From positions 96,001-160,000 of the IMG/VR virus record IMGVR_UViG_3300032007_000003: DNA of 64,000 bases, one strand, 5' to 3'. The notes under the pieces are model-generated. The model did no database searches and was not told the DNA's origin. It saw nothing but the letters and a program-made list of their open reading frames with translations. Source of the DNA: a virus. Taxonomy: Duplodnaviria > Heunggongvirae > Uroviricota > Caudoviricetes. The translations under genes and the position numbers were made by a program. The stretch's first letter is position 1. Each line of letters begins with the position of its first letter. This document shows positions 29,915 to 40,150 of the stretch, in pieces.

Positions 29915-32900
29915 ATGAATAATAGGCTACAATTTAGACACCATAATGAGGTGTTCAACACTAGAGAGGACGCTATTGATTATATCAAAAGTCAAATAAG
30001 ATTTGCGGAAAGTGGTCTCGCATTTGACGATAAAACATTCGGCTATTCTTTGTTCGCAGAACCAACTGTTTTGTTGTATAAGAAGGATGAAGGTGAACTA
30101 CAACCAGGCGTACTCCCAGACCCACACCTTATGTTGGTTATTGGTTCTCAGACTAATTTGGAAGAACCTGTCCAGTATTCTAATAACAGATTCTGTATTA
30201 TCGATATTGATAAGACAGAACAAGAAATCGCTGATTTACAAGAGGAATTTGAGAAGGCTATAAGGTCTCTTACTCTTATACCTTTAAGTAGTGATACATT
30301 AAACTTCTATTCTAACAAGACAGAGGAAGGCACTTATGTAAGCGGTGATGTTAAGGTTGCTGAGACTCACATCTTTGATGATGTAAGGTACAAAAATAAC
30401 TTGTTGGTTACACCAGAAGGTTTGTTTATTTATGTAAACCTTGAGTACGATAAGGAGAATGAGGAGTTCACCTTCACCGTAAGCAATGCAGATGATACTC
30501 TTTCATCAGTAACAGTTGATATTTCTGACAATTACCTCGTTAATGGTAGATACAGTGTTCAAGACGAGTCACTTCACCTTTTCATGAAGAAGGGTGAGGA
30601 GATTGTGATTGACTGTAAGTACCTTATCGCTGAGTGGGGCGTTATTGGTGATGCTGCTAAGTCTCCAGTAATTCTTACAAAGGAAGAAGTTAAGTACGGT
30701 ACTGAGGAATATTCAAGACTTGAGCCTTGGCAAGACGTACTTAAGGCTAACGTTAGAATCAAGGATGAGGAGTTTGACCCACAGACTGGTAAACCTCTCC
30801 CATTGGACAAGGATAAATCTACAAACATCTTACAGAGAACACAAGATGGTAGATACTTGTTCGTTGATGGCGTTGCTTCTAATATCATATATTGGCAGAA
30901 TGGTGAACGTACAAACGTTAAGGAGGTACTTGATGAGCTTTCAAACATTAAACTTTCAACCGATAATGACAATATCTTGACAGAGAAGACAGACGGTTTC
31001 TTCGCTTCATCTAAGTTGGAGTATGTATCTAAGGATAACAAACTTATATTCAAGACTTCTGGACAGAATGGAGAGAAGAAGACAGAAATCCAACTTAATA
31101 GTGTTGAACTTTTTGAACATATTTACTATGACCCAACTAAGGAGGCTCTTATTGTAACTTATAAAGACAATAAGGGAGAAACTCAGTTCGTTGAAATTCC
31201 AATTGGTGAAATGATTCGTGATTGGGAATGGGAACCTCAGAATGAAGGACATAACGTTAAGATTGTTAAGATAAGAAAAGTTAGTGGAAATGATAAGGTT
31301 TCTGCTGATGCAAAAATTTATCAAGACCCAGATAACATCTTGGTTGACAAGAACCATGAGTTGTTTGTAAAGGGTACTTCTGATAATATCAGACATGGAG
31401 AAGATTCAAACGTTAAGAAAGAAATAGATACCCTTCACGAGATAGATGCAGCTCTTGATAACAAGATTAATAATGAGACAGCTAGAGCAAAGCAAGCAGA
31501 ACAGACTCTTGATAACAAGATTGACCAAGAGATTGCTGATAGAACATCTGAAATTCAGAGACTTGATGATACTCTTGGAAGTGGTTTCACAACTGATATC
31601 CACGAGACTGTTACCTATAAGCTCAATGAAGAAATTGAAGACAGAATCGCTGATGTTAATGCAGAAGAGGCTCGTGCAAAGGAAGAGGAACTAAGAATAG
31701 ACACAACAATCGGTAGTGGCTTCTCAACAGATGCACACGAGACTGTTACCTATAAATTCAACCAGTTGCAAGACCAAGTTAACTCAGAGGCACAGAAGCT
31801 TCAGAATGAGATTAACCGTTCAATAGCAAAGGATATTGAACATGATGGAAGACTCGATGCAATCGATGCTGAAATTGGCGAAGGGTTCGGTCCACGTAAC
31901 ACCGTAAGAGATGAAATTGAAAATTTACAGAGTGAAATCGACTTTGTAAGTGCAGATACATCAATGAGGTTGACAGACGTTATCAATGAGGACGAATCAA
32001 TTGACGTTGAAACTAGAAACGATGCTAATGGTAAACCAACCGTGAAGGTTGTTAAAGTTAATCTTAGTACCGAGGTAGAGGATGAAAGAAAGAATATCAT
32101 TAAGCTTAACAGCGATGGATTATTTGCAAATGTCGATTTGTCATATGAAAAGACTGCAAATAAACTTATCTTCCACACATCAAACGGTGAGCCAGACAAG
32201 GAAATCCAGCTTGAGAGTATGTCTTCAATTATAAGCATTGAATACAATCCGTCTAAGGAAGCTATCGTTATTACTTATATGACTAATGGTCATGAAATTA
32301 AGACGGTTGAAATTCCAGTTGGTGACTTGATTAACGAGTGGAGAGTTGAGGATGGACACCCACACGCAGTTCAACTTGAAAAGGTAAGAATTTCAAGTGG
32401 TACAAGTGAGCAAGATATTCTTAAGGCTTCTGTAATCATAACAGATGACCATGATGATAATATCTTGGTAATGGATGACGGTGCTCTTTATGTATCTGGA
32501 CAAGGTATTACTAATAACAAGGCTGAGATAGATGCTTTGAAGGAAAGAATGACCACAGCAGAGGATGATATTGATGCACTTGAGAATGGTCTTAGAGAAG
32601 AGGCTAGCGCTAGAACAATTGCAGACGAAGCTCTTGGTAGAAGAATTGACCAAGAAATCGAGAATAGAATTGCTGATGTCAATGAAGAGGAAGAGAGAGC
32701 TAAGGATGCAGAACTTGCACTTTCCAACAAGATTGATACCGATGTTCTTGCAGAAAAGAATCGTGCAATCAGTGCAGAGACAAGTCTTGACACTAAGATT
32801 GACCAAGAGATTGCTGATAGAGAGGCAGATGTTCTTTCAGAAGAGAATAGAGCACAAGCAGCAGAGCTTGTACTTTCCCACAAGATTGATGCTGATGTTC

Positions 32901-35122
32901 TTGCAGAGAAGAATCGTGCAATCAGTGCAGAGACAGCTCTTGACACTAAGATTGACCAAGAGATTGCTAACAGAATTGCCGACATTAACGAGGAAGAAAA
33001 TCGTGCAAAGGGTGTTGAAAACATTATTTCTGGTAATGTTATTTCTGAAGAGACTCGTGCAACTAGTGAGGAAGCAAGAATTGAACACTTGCTTAATGAT
33101 GAAGTTTCTCGTTCTATTGCCAAGGACACTGAACATGACACGAAGATTCAACAGAACGCTGATAACATCTTAGATGAAACTGTACGTGCTAAGGAAATTG
33201 AAAACATTATCTCTGGTAATGTTGTTTCTGAAGAGACTCGTGCAATGTCAGAAGAGGCTTCTATAAAGTCTACTCTTAGCGCTGAAGCAGCAAATAGAAT
33301 CAGTGGCGACACAATGTTGTCACATTTGATTGAGGATGAAGCAGAAAGAAGAATTAGTGGTGACACAGTACTTCAGAGCAACCTTAATACTGAAATCTCT
33401 CGTGCTAGAGAAACTGAGGATAGACTTGATACAAGGCTTGAGGCAGAAATTGCAAGGGCAAATACAGCAGAAGGATTGCTTAATGCTGCAATTACAGAGG
33501 AAACTCTTAGAGCACAAAGTGCTGATAATGAGTTATATCAGAGAATTGCTGATGAGTCATCAGATAGAGCAGCATCAGACGCTAGTCTTTCAAATGCAAT
33601 AATTCAAGAGACTTCAAGAGCAACAATTGCTGAGAATTCACTTAGAGATGCACTTTCTGCTGAAACCAACAATAGGTTGAATGCTGAAGGAAACCTTGGT
33701 AACGCAATCACTGCTGAAACGCAAGCAAGACAAAGTGCTGATGATGTCTTACAAGATGCTATTAATGCAGCAACTCATTCATATTCAGCAACAACTACAG
33801 CAAGAATGAATAAGTCTGCAAATAATGTGGTCACAACAGATGTAATTATACCAACAGACAATAATATTATCATTGTGGATGAAGGTGTTAAGGCATTTGT
33901 AAGATTGGATTATGATGCAGCTACTAATCAGTTGATTCTTGAGAAAACAAGTCCTAGTGGCAGAACAAGTGATGTCGTAACATTGAATGCTGGTTCTATC
34001 ATAAACAGCATAACTTATGACACAGCAACTAAGGAGCTTGTAATTAGGTATCAGTCAACGTCTGACCCATCGCATGCTGAAAGGGAGACTAGAGTTAATA
34101 TTAGTGACTTATTCAATCCTATGATTGTAAAGAATCCATCGTCTGGTAGTGCTGTGGAACTTAGTATTTCTAAGGGTACTGGAAGACTTGGTGAGGATGA
34201 GGTAAGTGGAAAAGTTCTTCTTACAAACCTCGCTGACAATGCAGTTAGAATTGTTAACAACGGTCTTTATGTTTCAAACTCTGCAATGACTGAGGCTGAA
34301 GAAATTGCTAAATGTGCTAAAAATGAGCTTAAGGCACTTGAGAAAGCTGTAATAGGTCATCATATTAATGAAGAATGCGGTAGCGGATATACTTATGAGG
34401 CTAACCCACAAGCAAGGTATATTAACAGCGCACAGTCATTTAGCAATGCTGACTATATCCTTGACCAGTCAATAAAGAATGTAGAAGCTAAGGTTGACAC
34501 ACTCTCTAGTGATACAGATTGTATTGATGCAAAAGCTAGCAAAATTTATGAACTTCTTTATGGCGAAGGACAGACAATGCCAGAATGTGGTGAAGGTGCT
34601 CACTATCAGCCATACATAGGTTCTTGTATTATCAGCGCTGCGACATCATTCAATGAGGCTGACCAGATGCTTAACGACCAAATTTGTGAGATTCTCACAA
34701 TGTGGGTAAGTGGTATAACATGTACCAATGAGTCAGAGTGGGTTGAGGATGGAATGAACAAGAAGATACAAGTTCATAGTAGACTTTCACACGGTAAATT
34801 CGCACAAGAAACAGACGATGAATTGTTCATCAAGGACTTGTATGGTGAGTACATTGACCCAACAAATAGTGGATTCACTGACACCAATGTTCTTAGAATA
34901 GTATGTCTTGAGTCAGAGCCTAGTGGTACTACCCCATCTGTAGAATCAAAACAGAATGGTATATACTTGAGCAATGAGTGGGATTGTGGATTGTACTACG
35001 GTCCTAGTGACACACAAGCTAAGAATAAGGCAGCAGCTTCTGGATATAAGACAGACCCATATTCAACTGATGAAACTTCAACTGCGCACGATTACAACTA
35101 CATGAATAATGTAAGACAATAA
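29915..35122 (+). CDS. Long tail-fibre-like protein (coiled-coil repeats with repeated beta knobs)
   Basis: Many 'E..RA...E..L..KI' repeats; repeated 'L.Y....NKLIF..S...I.Y.P.KEA.V.TY...VEIP.G' domains. Confidence 0.7.
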   Translation: MNNRLQFRHHNEVFNTREDAIDYIKSQIRFAESGLAFDDKTFGYSLFAEPTVLLYKKDEGELQPGVLPDPHLMLVIGSQTNLEEPVQYSNNRFCIIDIDKTEQEIADLQEEFEKAIRSLTLIPLSSDTLNFYSNKTEEGTYVSGDVKVAETHIFDDVRYKNNLLVTPEGLFIYVNLEYDKENEEFTFTVSNADDTLSSVTVDISDNYLVNGRYSVQDESLHLFMKKGEEIVIDCKYLIAEWGVIGDAAKSPVILTKEEVKYGTEEYSRLEPWQDVLKANVRIKDEEFDPQTGKPLPLDKDKSTNILQRTQDGRYLFVDGVASNIIYWQNGERTNVKEVLDELSNIKLSTDNDNILTEKTDGFFASSKLEYVSKDNKLIFKTSGQNGEKKTEIQLNSVELFEHIYYDPTKEALIVTYKDNKGETQFVEIPIGEMIRDWEWEPQNEGHNVKIVKIRKVSGNDKVSADAKIYQDPDNILVDKNHELFVKGTSDNIRHGEDSNVKKEIDTLHEIDAALDNKINNETARAKQAEQTLDNKIDQEIADRTSEIQRLDDTLGSGFTTDIHETVTYKLNEEIEDRIADVNAEEARAKEEELRIDTTIGSGFSTDAHETVTYKFNQLQDQVNSEAQKLQNEINRSIAKDIEHDGRLDAIDAEIGEGFGPRNTVRDEIENLQSEIDFVSADTSMRLTDVINEDESIDVETRNDANGKPTVKVVKVNLSTEVEDERKNIIKLNSDGLFANVDLSYEKTANKLIFHTSNGEPDKEIQLESMSSIISIEYNPSKEAIVITYMTNGHEIKTVEIPVGDLINEWRVEDGHPHAVQLEKVRISSGTSEQDILKASVIITDDHDDNILVMDDGALYVSGQGITNNKAEIDALKERMTTAEDDIDALENGLREEASARTIADEALGRRIDQEIENRIADVNEEEERAKDAELALSNKIDTDVLAEKNRAISAETSLDTKIDQEIADREADVLSEENRAQAAELVLSHKIDADVLAEKNRAISAETALDTKIDQEIANRIADINEEENRAKGVENIISGNVISEETRATSEEARIEHLLNDEVSRSIAKDTEHDTKIQQNADNILDETVRAKEIENIISGNVVSEETRAMSEEASIKSTLSAEAANRISGDTMLSHLIEDEAERRISGDTVLQSNLNTEISRARETEDRLDTRLEAEIARANTAEGLLNAAITEETLRAQSADNELYQRIADESSDRAASDASLSNAIIQETSRATIAENSLRDALSAETNNRLNAEGNLGNAITAETQARQSADDVLQDAINAATHSYSATTTARMNKSANNVVTTDVIIPTDNNIIIVDEGVKAFVRLDYDAATNQLILEKTSPSGRTSDVVTLNAGSIINSITYDTATKELVIRYQSTSDPSHAERETRVNISDLFNPMIVKNPSSGSAVELSISKGTGRLGEDEVSGKVLLTNLADNAVRIVNNGLYVSNSAMTEAEEIAKCAKNELKALEKAVIGHHINEECGSGYTYEANPQARYINSAQSFSNADYILDQSIKNVEAKVDTLSSDTDCIDAKASKIYELLYGEGQTMPECGEGAHYQPYIGSCIISAATSFNEADQMLNDQICEILTMWVSGITCTNESEWVEDGMNKKIQVHSRLSHGKFAQETDDELFIKDLYGEYIDPTNSGFTDTNVLRIVCLESEPSGTTPSVESKQNGIYLSNEWDCGLYYGPSDTQAKNKAAASGYKTDPYSTDETSTAHDYNYMNNVRQ
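32729..32980 (+). repeat. Intragenic duplication with 153-bp period
   Basis: aagattgat...gatgttcttgcaga.aagaatcgtgcaatcagtgcagagaca...cttgacactaagattgaccaagagattgct at 32729 and 32882. Confidence 0.85.
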
Positions 35123-35129
35123 ATAATAG

Positions 35130-35162
35130 AAAAAGTGGTTAGAGAAATCTAGCCACTTTTTT
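35130..35162 (+). terminator. Intrinsic terminator
   Basis: AAAAGTGGTTAGA-GAAA-TCTAGCCACTTTT. Confidence 0.8.
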
Positions 35163-35201
35163 ATTGTTATGTGATATTTATATAGAAAATAAACGTTTAT
35201 T

Positions 35202-35585
35202 ATGAATAAGGGAAAGAATATTAAGAATATTGTAGAAGAGTTAAAGGTTTTGAAAACACAACTCTCAGAAGATTATCTATTTAATGATGAAGAGGGTGTA
35301 ATGGAAGACCCTCAAGGAATGGGTGGACAAATGCCTCCACAAGACCCATCAATGATGCAGCAACAACCACAACAGATGATGGGAAATGGGGATTCTGAGG
35401 AAGAGATTGCAATGCATGCTCAAGAGGTTATTCAACATGAACCAATTATCGGTAAGATTAGAGAAACAGCTATTGAGGGCTTGAAGAAATATGCAGACCA
35501 TCCAACTAGCTCATTATATGAATTCTTCAAGAAAGTATTCTTGGAGAGTGATAAGGTATTGACAGATACTGGAAATAAAAAATAA
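35202..35585 (+). CDS. Hypothetical late protein (Q/M/P-rich linker)
   Basis: Late motif at 35173-35182. Confidence 0.6.
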   Translation: MNKGKNIKNIVEELKVLKTQLSEDYLFNDEEGVMEDPQGMGGQMPPQDPSMMQQQPQQMMGNGDSEEEIAMHAQEVIQHEPIIGKIRETAIEGLKKYADHPTSSLYEFFKKVFLESDKVLTDTGNKK

Positions 35586-35590
35586 TAGTT

Positions 35591-36091
35591 ATGGCAATTT
35601 ATACGAAATTAACGCCAATTGTTCTTAAATGGGAAGGTGGTTATGCTGGAAATATTGATGGTATGACTTGTACCATGAAAGGAGTTACGTTGGCTACATA
35701 TAGAAAATTCTTTGGAAAGAATAAGAACTGCAAGGACTTAAAAGAAATAACACAAGCCGAGTGGGATTTAATCTTTAAAGAAGGCTATTGGGATAAGTGG
35801 AAAGCTGATGAGATTGAAAATCAATCAATCGCTAACTTGCTTGTCGATTGGTGTTGGACTAGTGGTGTTTATGGTATTAAGCTACCACAAAGGGTTCTTG
35901 GAGTTAAGGATGATGGTGTTGTTGGGAATAAAACCATCGCAGCAATAAATGATTATCCAGACAAGAAAGAGCTTTTCCAAAAGCTATGGAATAGAAGGAA
36001 AAAGCATTTCCAAGACATTGCCAAGAACGGCAAGGAAAAGTTTTTAAATGGATGGTTGAATAGACTAAATGATTTTAAATACTTTGAATAA
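35591..36091 (+). CDS. Endolysin, GH108 family with PG_binding_3 domain
   Basis: 'KWEGGY', 'T..GVT..TY', 'QRVLGVKDDGVVG.KT', 'FLNGWLNR'. Confidence 0.88.
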   Translation: MAIYTKLTPIVLKWEGGYAGNIDGMTCTMKGVTLATYRKFFGKNKNCKDLKEITQAEWDLIFKEGYWDKWKADEIENQSIANLLVDWCWTSGVYGIKLPQRVLGVKDDGVVGNKTIAAINDYPDKKELFQKLWNRRKKHFQDIAKNGKEKFLNGWLNRLNDFKYFE

Positions 36092-36092
36092 T

Positions 36093-36242
36093 ATGGGTAA
36101 ATATAGTGAAGTGGACGTAACATGGGCATCTATTGAAAAAAAGTATGATTATGATAAAGTTACTTGGAATACGCTTAATAATGGCATACCTACATACTCG
36201 CTTTTCGATGCTGATGGAAATAAGATTAAAATTGAAATCTAA
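36093..36242 (+). CDS. 49-aa hypothetical protein (not in ORF track)
   Basis: MGKYSEVDVTW...KIEI*, 1 nt after the endolysin stop. Confidence 0.5.
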   Translation: MGKYSEVDVTWASIEKKYDYDKVTWNTLNNGIPTYSLFDADGNKIKIEI

Positions 36243-36274
36243 ATCTTAATAATAGTTAATAATTGGGGTGATAT

Positions 36275-36306
36275 TTTGTCATCCCAATTTTTTTTCGTAT
36301 CTTTAC
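36275..36306 (+). promoter_or_regulatory. Bacteroidota-type -33/-7 promoter overlapping a terminator hairpin
   Basis: TTTG(36275)-N19-TATCTTTAC. Confidence 0.7.
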
Positions 36307-36336
36307 AGCAAATAATAAAAGAAATAAGAAGTATCT

Positions 36337-36942
36337 ATGATTTACGATGATTTTGTAAAATGGTTAGACAATTTGGACTTATCCACAGTTGATGCAAACC
36401 CAATTACCTTCAATCTAACAGACTTTGAGAGTGATATGGACTTTGCCAACTCAATGGTGTTAGCTGGAAGGCATCTAGTTGACGAGGAAGATATTGTTGT
36501 ACGTTATTCAAAGCCATATACTGAGGATAAGAGCGACATTATCGTGCGCTTTCAGATTCTTAGAAGCAAGGCTAAAATGTTCTTCAATTACCTCAAGGGC
36601 AACGATACCAAGATTTGTTGCGTACTCTGCTCAAACAAGGAGATTAAGGAGGCAATCAAGTTCTTTAATTCCCTTGGTGTCAAGGGTGAGGACATGGTAA
36701 GCCTTTCATCAAAGGAAATGGACTATACCGCAATGCTTAAGGAGGCTCTTGATGACTATAACAAGGATAAGGGAGAGAATAGCGCATGTTCACTTATCGT
36801 TTCAATCTCGATTGAGCATGACGATAACACTGAGAATGATTACCCAATGCTGTCTTATGATTTCATTGAGGGTAATGACTTCAGCAACTTTGATGTCACA
36901 AAGGCATGGGTTAAGAGTGAAATCTTAAAAATTAAGGAATAA
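36337..36942 (+). CDS. Hypothetical early protein
   Basis: ORF downstream of a host-type promoter. Confidence 0.65.
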   Translation: MIYDDFVKWLDNLDLSTVDANPITFNLTDFESDMDFANSMVLAGRHLVDEEDIVVRYSKPYTEDKSDIIVRFQILRSKAKMFFNYLKGNDTKICCVLCSNKEIKEAIKFFNSLGVKGEDMVSLSSKEMDYTAMLKEALDDYNKDKGENSACSLIVSISIEHDDNTENDYPMLSYDFIEGNDFSNFDVTKAWVKSEILKIKE

Positions 36943-37304
36943 TGAAAAGTATGTTGTCGGATATTTGTTTGGCATGGTTGATAATGGTAGTGATAAACTA
37001 TGTGTATCTCTATGTAGCAACTAAGTTTGGAATTTTCAAAGAGTTCACAAAGTGGCTAATGACTGATGATAGTTATTGGTTTACTCGACCAAGGCAAGTT
37101 CCGTTTTGGTGGTTCTTCGTTCCACCATATTGCATGATGTTTTCAATTGCTATAGTGGCATTTTTACTATATAGGTTGATTCTTAAACCATTATATAGTA
37201 TCACTATCTACCCCATATCCAAATTAGTGGTTTGGATTGGTGATTTCATCTTTAAACCAATTAAAAGAAACATCTTCTACTCTGAACTAGAAAATTCTCA
37301 TTGA
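36942..37304 (+). CDS. Hypothetical membrane protein
   Basis: Two or three hydrophobic segments. Confidence 0.6.
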   Translation: MKSMLSDICLAWLIMVVINYVYLYVATKFGIFKEFTKWLMTDDSYWFTRPRQVPFWWFFVPPYCMMFSIAIVAFLLYRLILKPLYSITIYPISKLVVWIGDFIFKPIKRNIFYSELENSH

Positions 37305-38332
37305 AGATAAACCTCATCAATTTGCTGGGCATTACTTAAGTGCCTAGCAATTTCTTTATATCCACCTTTCTGATACAAAGAAGATGGGTCTTCATCCCCT
37401 TCAACTGGTATGTATCTCACCTTACCATATAATCTTCCATGATTAAGGAATTTATAGATTTCCTTTACAGTGCTAAAGGCATCGGCATCAAGGAACACGT
37501 TTACATTACCATTCGCCTTTGTGATTAAGTCCCAATATAGCTTATATTCTTTATTGAGTGATTTACCCAATAATGGTACTGAATTAGGTACTACGATGTG
37601 GTCAAAAGTTCCCTCTACCAATGTAATATCTGCATCCCATTGTATTTTATTCTCGTTAAATATGATTTCCTTTTTCTTTGCAAGTGGGTTATCATATTTA
37701 ACCCTTTCAAATCCTTCTTTCTTTGGTAAATAATCTCTACCAACCCAGTAGTTAAGTTCATCGTATTCGTTATACGATGGTATAATTATCCTATATGAAG
37801 ATTTCTTCCATTTCTTTTCTTCTTCTTTCTCAGTGAATCCTATTCCATATTGATTAATTATATTCCATCCAATACCTCTTTCATTGAGATACCTCATAGC
37901 ACCTTTATTATAATATTTACCTTCCTTAAATGGTTTGAAACTAGGTGGAAATTTAAGGTCTTCCTTTTCAATAATGGAAGTATCGATATTGAAGTCGTTT
38001 GATGAGAAATTAAGTTTATATAATTCACTATCTCTGATTGTACGAATAATATCCTTATACTCTTGTAGTAAGTTATCATTGCCATACATTCTAATAAGTT
38101 TTACAATAGTACCACTCATGTGCTCATCCATTGATGAGCAAGACCAACAATTAAATAATTGAGATTTGATATTGAGTTCTAAATTAAATTTTCTAGCTTC
38201 TGTTATTCCATTTCTTTCAATACATTTTGGACAAGGAAATTGATATTGAAAATTGTCATTATCAAATCCACTTTTTGATTCCCCTAGAATCAATACTAAT
38301 ATGTCGTAAATTTTTTTAATTTCGTCAATCAT
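37298..38332 (-). CDS. DNA primase (zinc finger plus TOPRIM)
   Basis: 'CPKC...CWSC', 'YLNERGI', 'RIIIP', 'LVEGTFD', 'FLDADA', 'DP'. Confidence 0.88.
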   Translation of the reverse strand: MIDEIKKIYDILVLILGESKSGFDNDNFQYQFPCPKCIERNGITEARKFNLELNIKSQLFNCWSCSSMDEHMSGTIVKLIRMYGNDNLLQEYKDIIRTIRDSELYKLNFSSNDFNIDTSIIEKEDLKFPPSFKPFKEGKYYNKGAMRYLNERGIGWNIINQYGIGFTEKEEEKKWKKSSYRIIIPSYNEYDELNYWVGRDYLPKKEGFERVKYDNPLAKKKEIIFNENKIQWDADITLVEGTFDHIVVPNSVPLLGKSLNKEYKLYWDLITKANGNVNVFLDADAFSTVKEIYKFLNHGRLYGKVRYIPVEGDEDPSSLYQKGGYKEIARHLSNAQQIDEVYLQ

Positions 38333-39722
38333 TTTTTTTAATTTCTTTTAATAATCTCTCTTTTGTTTTGATTAAATTTTTGTTTTTAATATCTAAATGT
38401 GTATATTCTAATAACTTGATATTATGTTCTTCACAATATTTCTTTTTAATTTTGTCTCTTATTTGATTTAATTCATATTGTTTTTGCAGCGTTTTGGTAT
38501 CTTTTCCACCAAAGTTAATTGGTTTAAAATGTTGTTCTCCTTGACATTCTATTATTATATTTTCTTTTGGTAAATAAAAATCAGGTCTAAGTGCGCTTTT
38601 ATATTTTAATCCATCAAATGTTTTCTTTTCTTCAAAATCTATATTATTTTTGGTTAGTAACAATCTAACTTCATTTTCTAAACGATAGTTTTGTTTACAC
38701 TTCGGACAGCCACTTCCTTGTATGTGAGAATGAGGAGTAGTGAAAAAAGAGCCGTGTTCTATTCCGTTTGAATCTTTCTTATGACATATTATTTCTATCT
38801 TAGTTCTATTATTTTTATACTCAGATTTAGAATAGTCATATAATTCACCGTGTTTTTCTTTTGACCTTTTAATAAATTCTTCTGTGTTTATTGGTTGATT
38901 ATTTGCACATTTTGGGCATCCACTACCATCTAAATGACTTGATGGCGTTTGCCAAAATTCACCGTGTTTTGGACAAATTATACAAACTTTATCTAAGCTA
39001 TGTTTATATTTAACTTTTGAATAATCGTATTTATCACCATGAATATTTTTACTTTCTTCTATAAATTGTTCTGTAGTTTTGGTTAATATTTTTTTTATTT
39101 CTTCTAAACCACATTTGGGACATCCATTACCTTGCAGATGACTTGATGGTAACTGCCAGAAGTCGCCATGAATAGGACAAGTTATACAAACTTTTCCGTC
39201 TTCTCTTCTTTCTTCAAGATTGGTTTTTTCATATGAAAATCTATTATCGCCAAATATTTCTTTTGAGCGTTTTATAAAATCATTTGTGGAGATACTTCTT
39301 AATTTGCTTATTTTTTCACAAGCACATTTAGGGCATCCCATACCTTTTAAATGATTATCTGCTTGCTGAATAAAAGAACCATGAATTGGGCATATTATCT
39401 CTACGTTGTATCTGTTTCCTATGTATTTGGTTTTAGAATAATTATATTTGTTATTATGTATTTTGTTGGACTTATTTATAAACCACTCTGTTGTTTGTGT
39501 TTTATCTTGTCCAATTTTTTCAAAAGTACATTTTGGACATCCGTGACCAAGTAATACATTATTAGGAGTTTTCCAGAATTCACCATGAATTGGACAAATT
39601 ATACACACTCTACCCTTTTCGTCTCTATTATTCACATCAGCTTTTGACAAATCATATTTTGCGTTATATAATTCATTTACTCTTTTGATAAATTCTTCGT
39701 TTGTTAATTTTTTACCTTTCAT
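38325..39722 (-). mobile_element. Free-standing homing endonuclease (5 zinc-ribbon units plus PD-(D/E)XK)
   Basis: Repeated 'ICPIHG.F..P..HL.G.GCPKC'; 'PDFYLP..NIIIECQGEQH'. Confidence 0.82.
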
Positions 39723-39806
39723 ATTAATTGTTTTCTTATAAATATTTGCAGCAATTAAAAAGTTATTTATTTATTAAAACTTCTAAGTAATTTTTATTTT
39801 ATATTG

Positions 39807-39838
39807 CAAAGATATGTTAAAATATCGAGAAAAACAAA
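39807..39838 (-). promoter_or_regulatory. Bacteroidota-type promoter
   Basis: Minus strand reads TTTG-N20-TATCTTTG. Confidence 0.75.
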
Positions 39839-39876
39839 TAATTGGAGATATTTATAAGAAATAAATTTTAGAAAAT

Positions 39877-40146
39877 ATGGCAAAGAAAATCAAGGATAGT
39901 GACATTTTAAAGGCTATGGCGATGCATCTTGATGAAGATTCAGTTGTATTCGGAGCGAATGGTCATTATGCTGTTGGAGCATATTACGATATCACCAAAG
40001 TAAGTAGTGTATTTGGTGATAAGGACTATAATAGCCAAGACACAATAGATGCTGCTGATTCAACTGAGGCAGCAACAAAATATCGTACAGACGATGATAA
40101 AATGATTGAAGGCTTCCAAAAAGCTGAATGGTTAAAGGAGTTTTAA
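39877..40146 (+). CDS. Hypothetical late protein
   Basis: GATATTTATA at 39847-39856. Confidence 0.6.
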   Translation: MAKKIKDSDILKAMAMHLDEDSVVFGANGHYAVGAYYDITKVSSVFGDKDYNSQDTIDAADSTEAATKYRTDDDKMIEGFQKAEWLKEF

Positions 40147-40150
40147 TACT

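Noticed and set aside
28783-33517. Long antisense and alternate-frame ORFs (e.g. 28783-29358, 32488-33141, 32565-33173)
   Set aside because: These are shadows of repeat-rich, codon-biased fibre genes, with no start context or recognisable motifs.
27568-35122. Diversity-generating retroelement targeting the fibre genes
   Set aside because: No reverse transcriptase and no template/variable repeat pair with adenine-specific mismatches was seen in this window. A remote element cannot be excluded.
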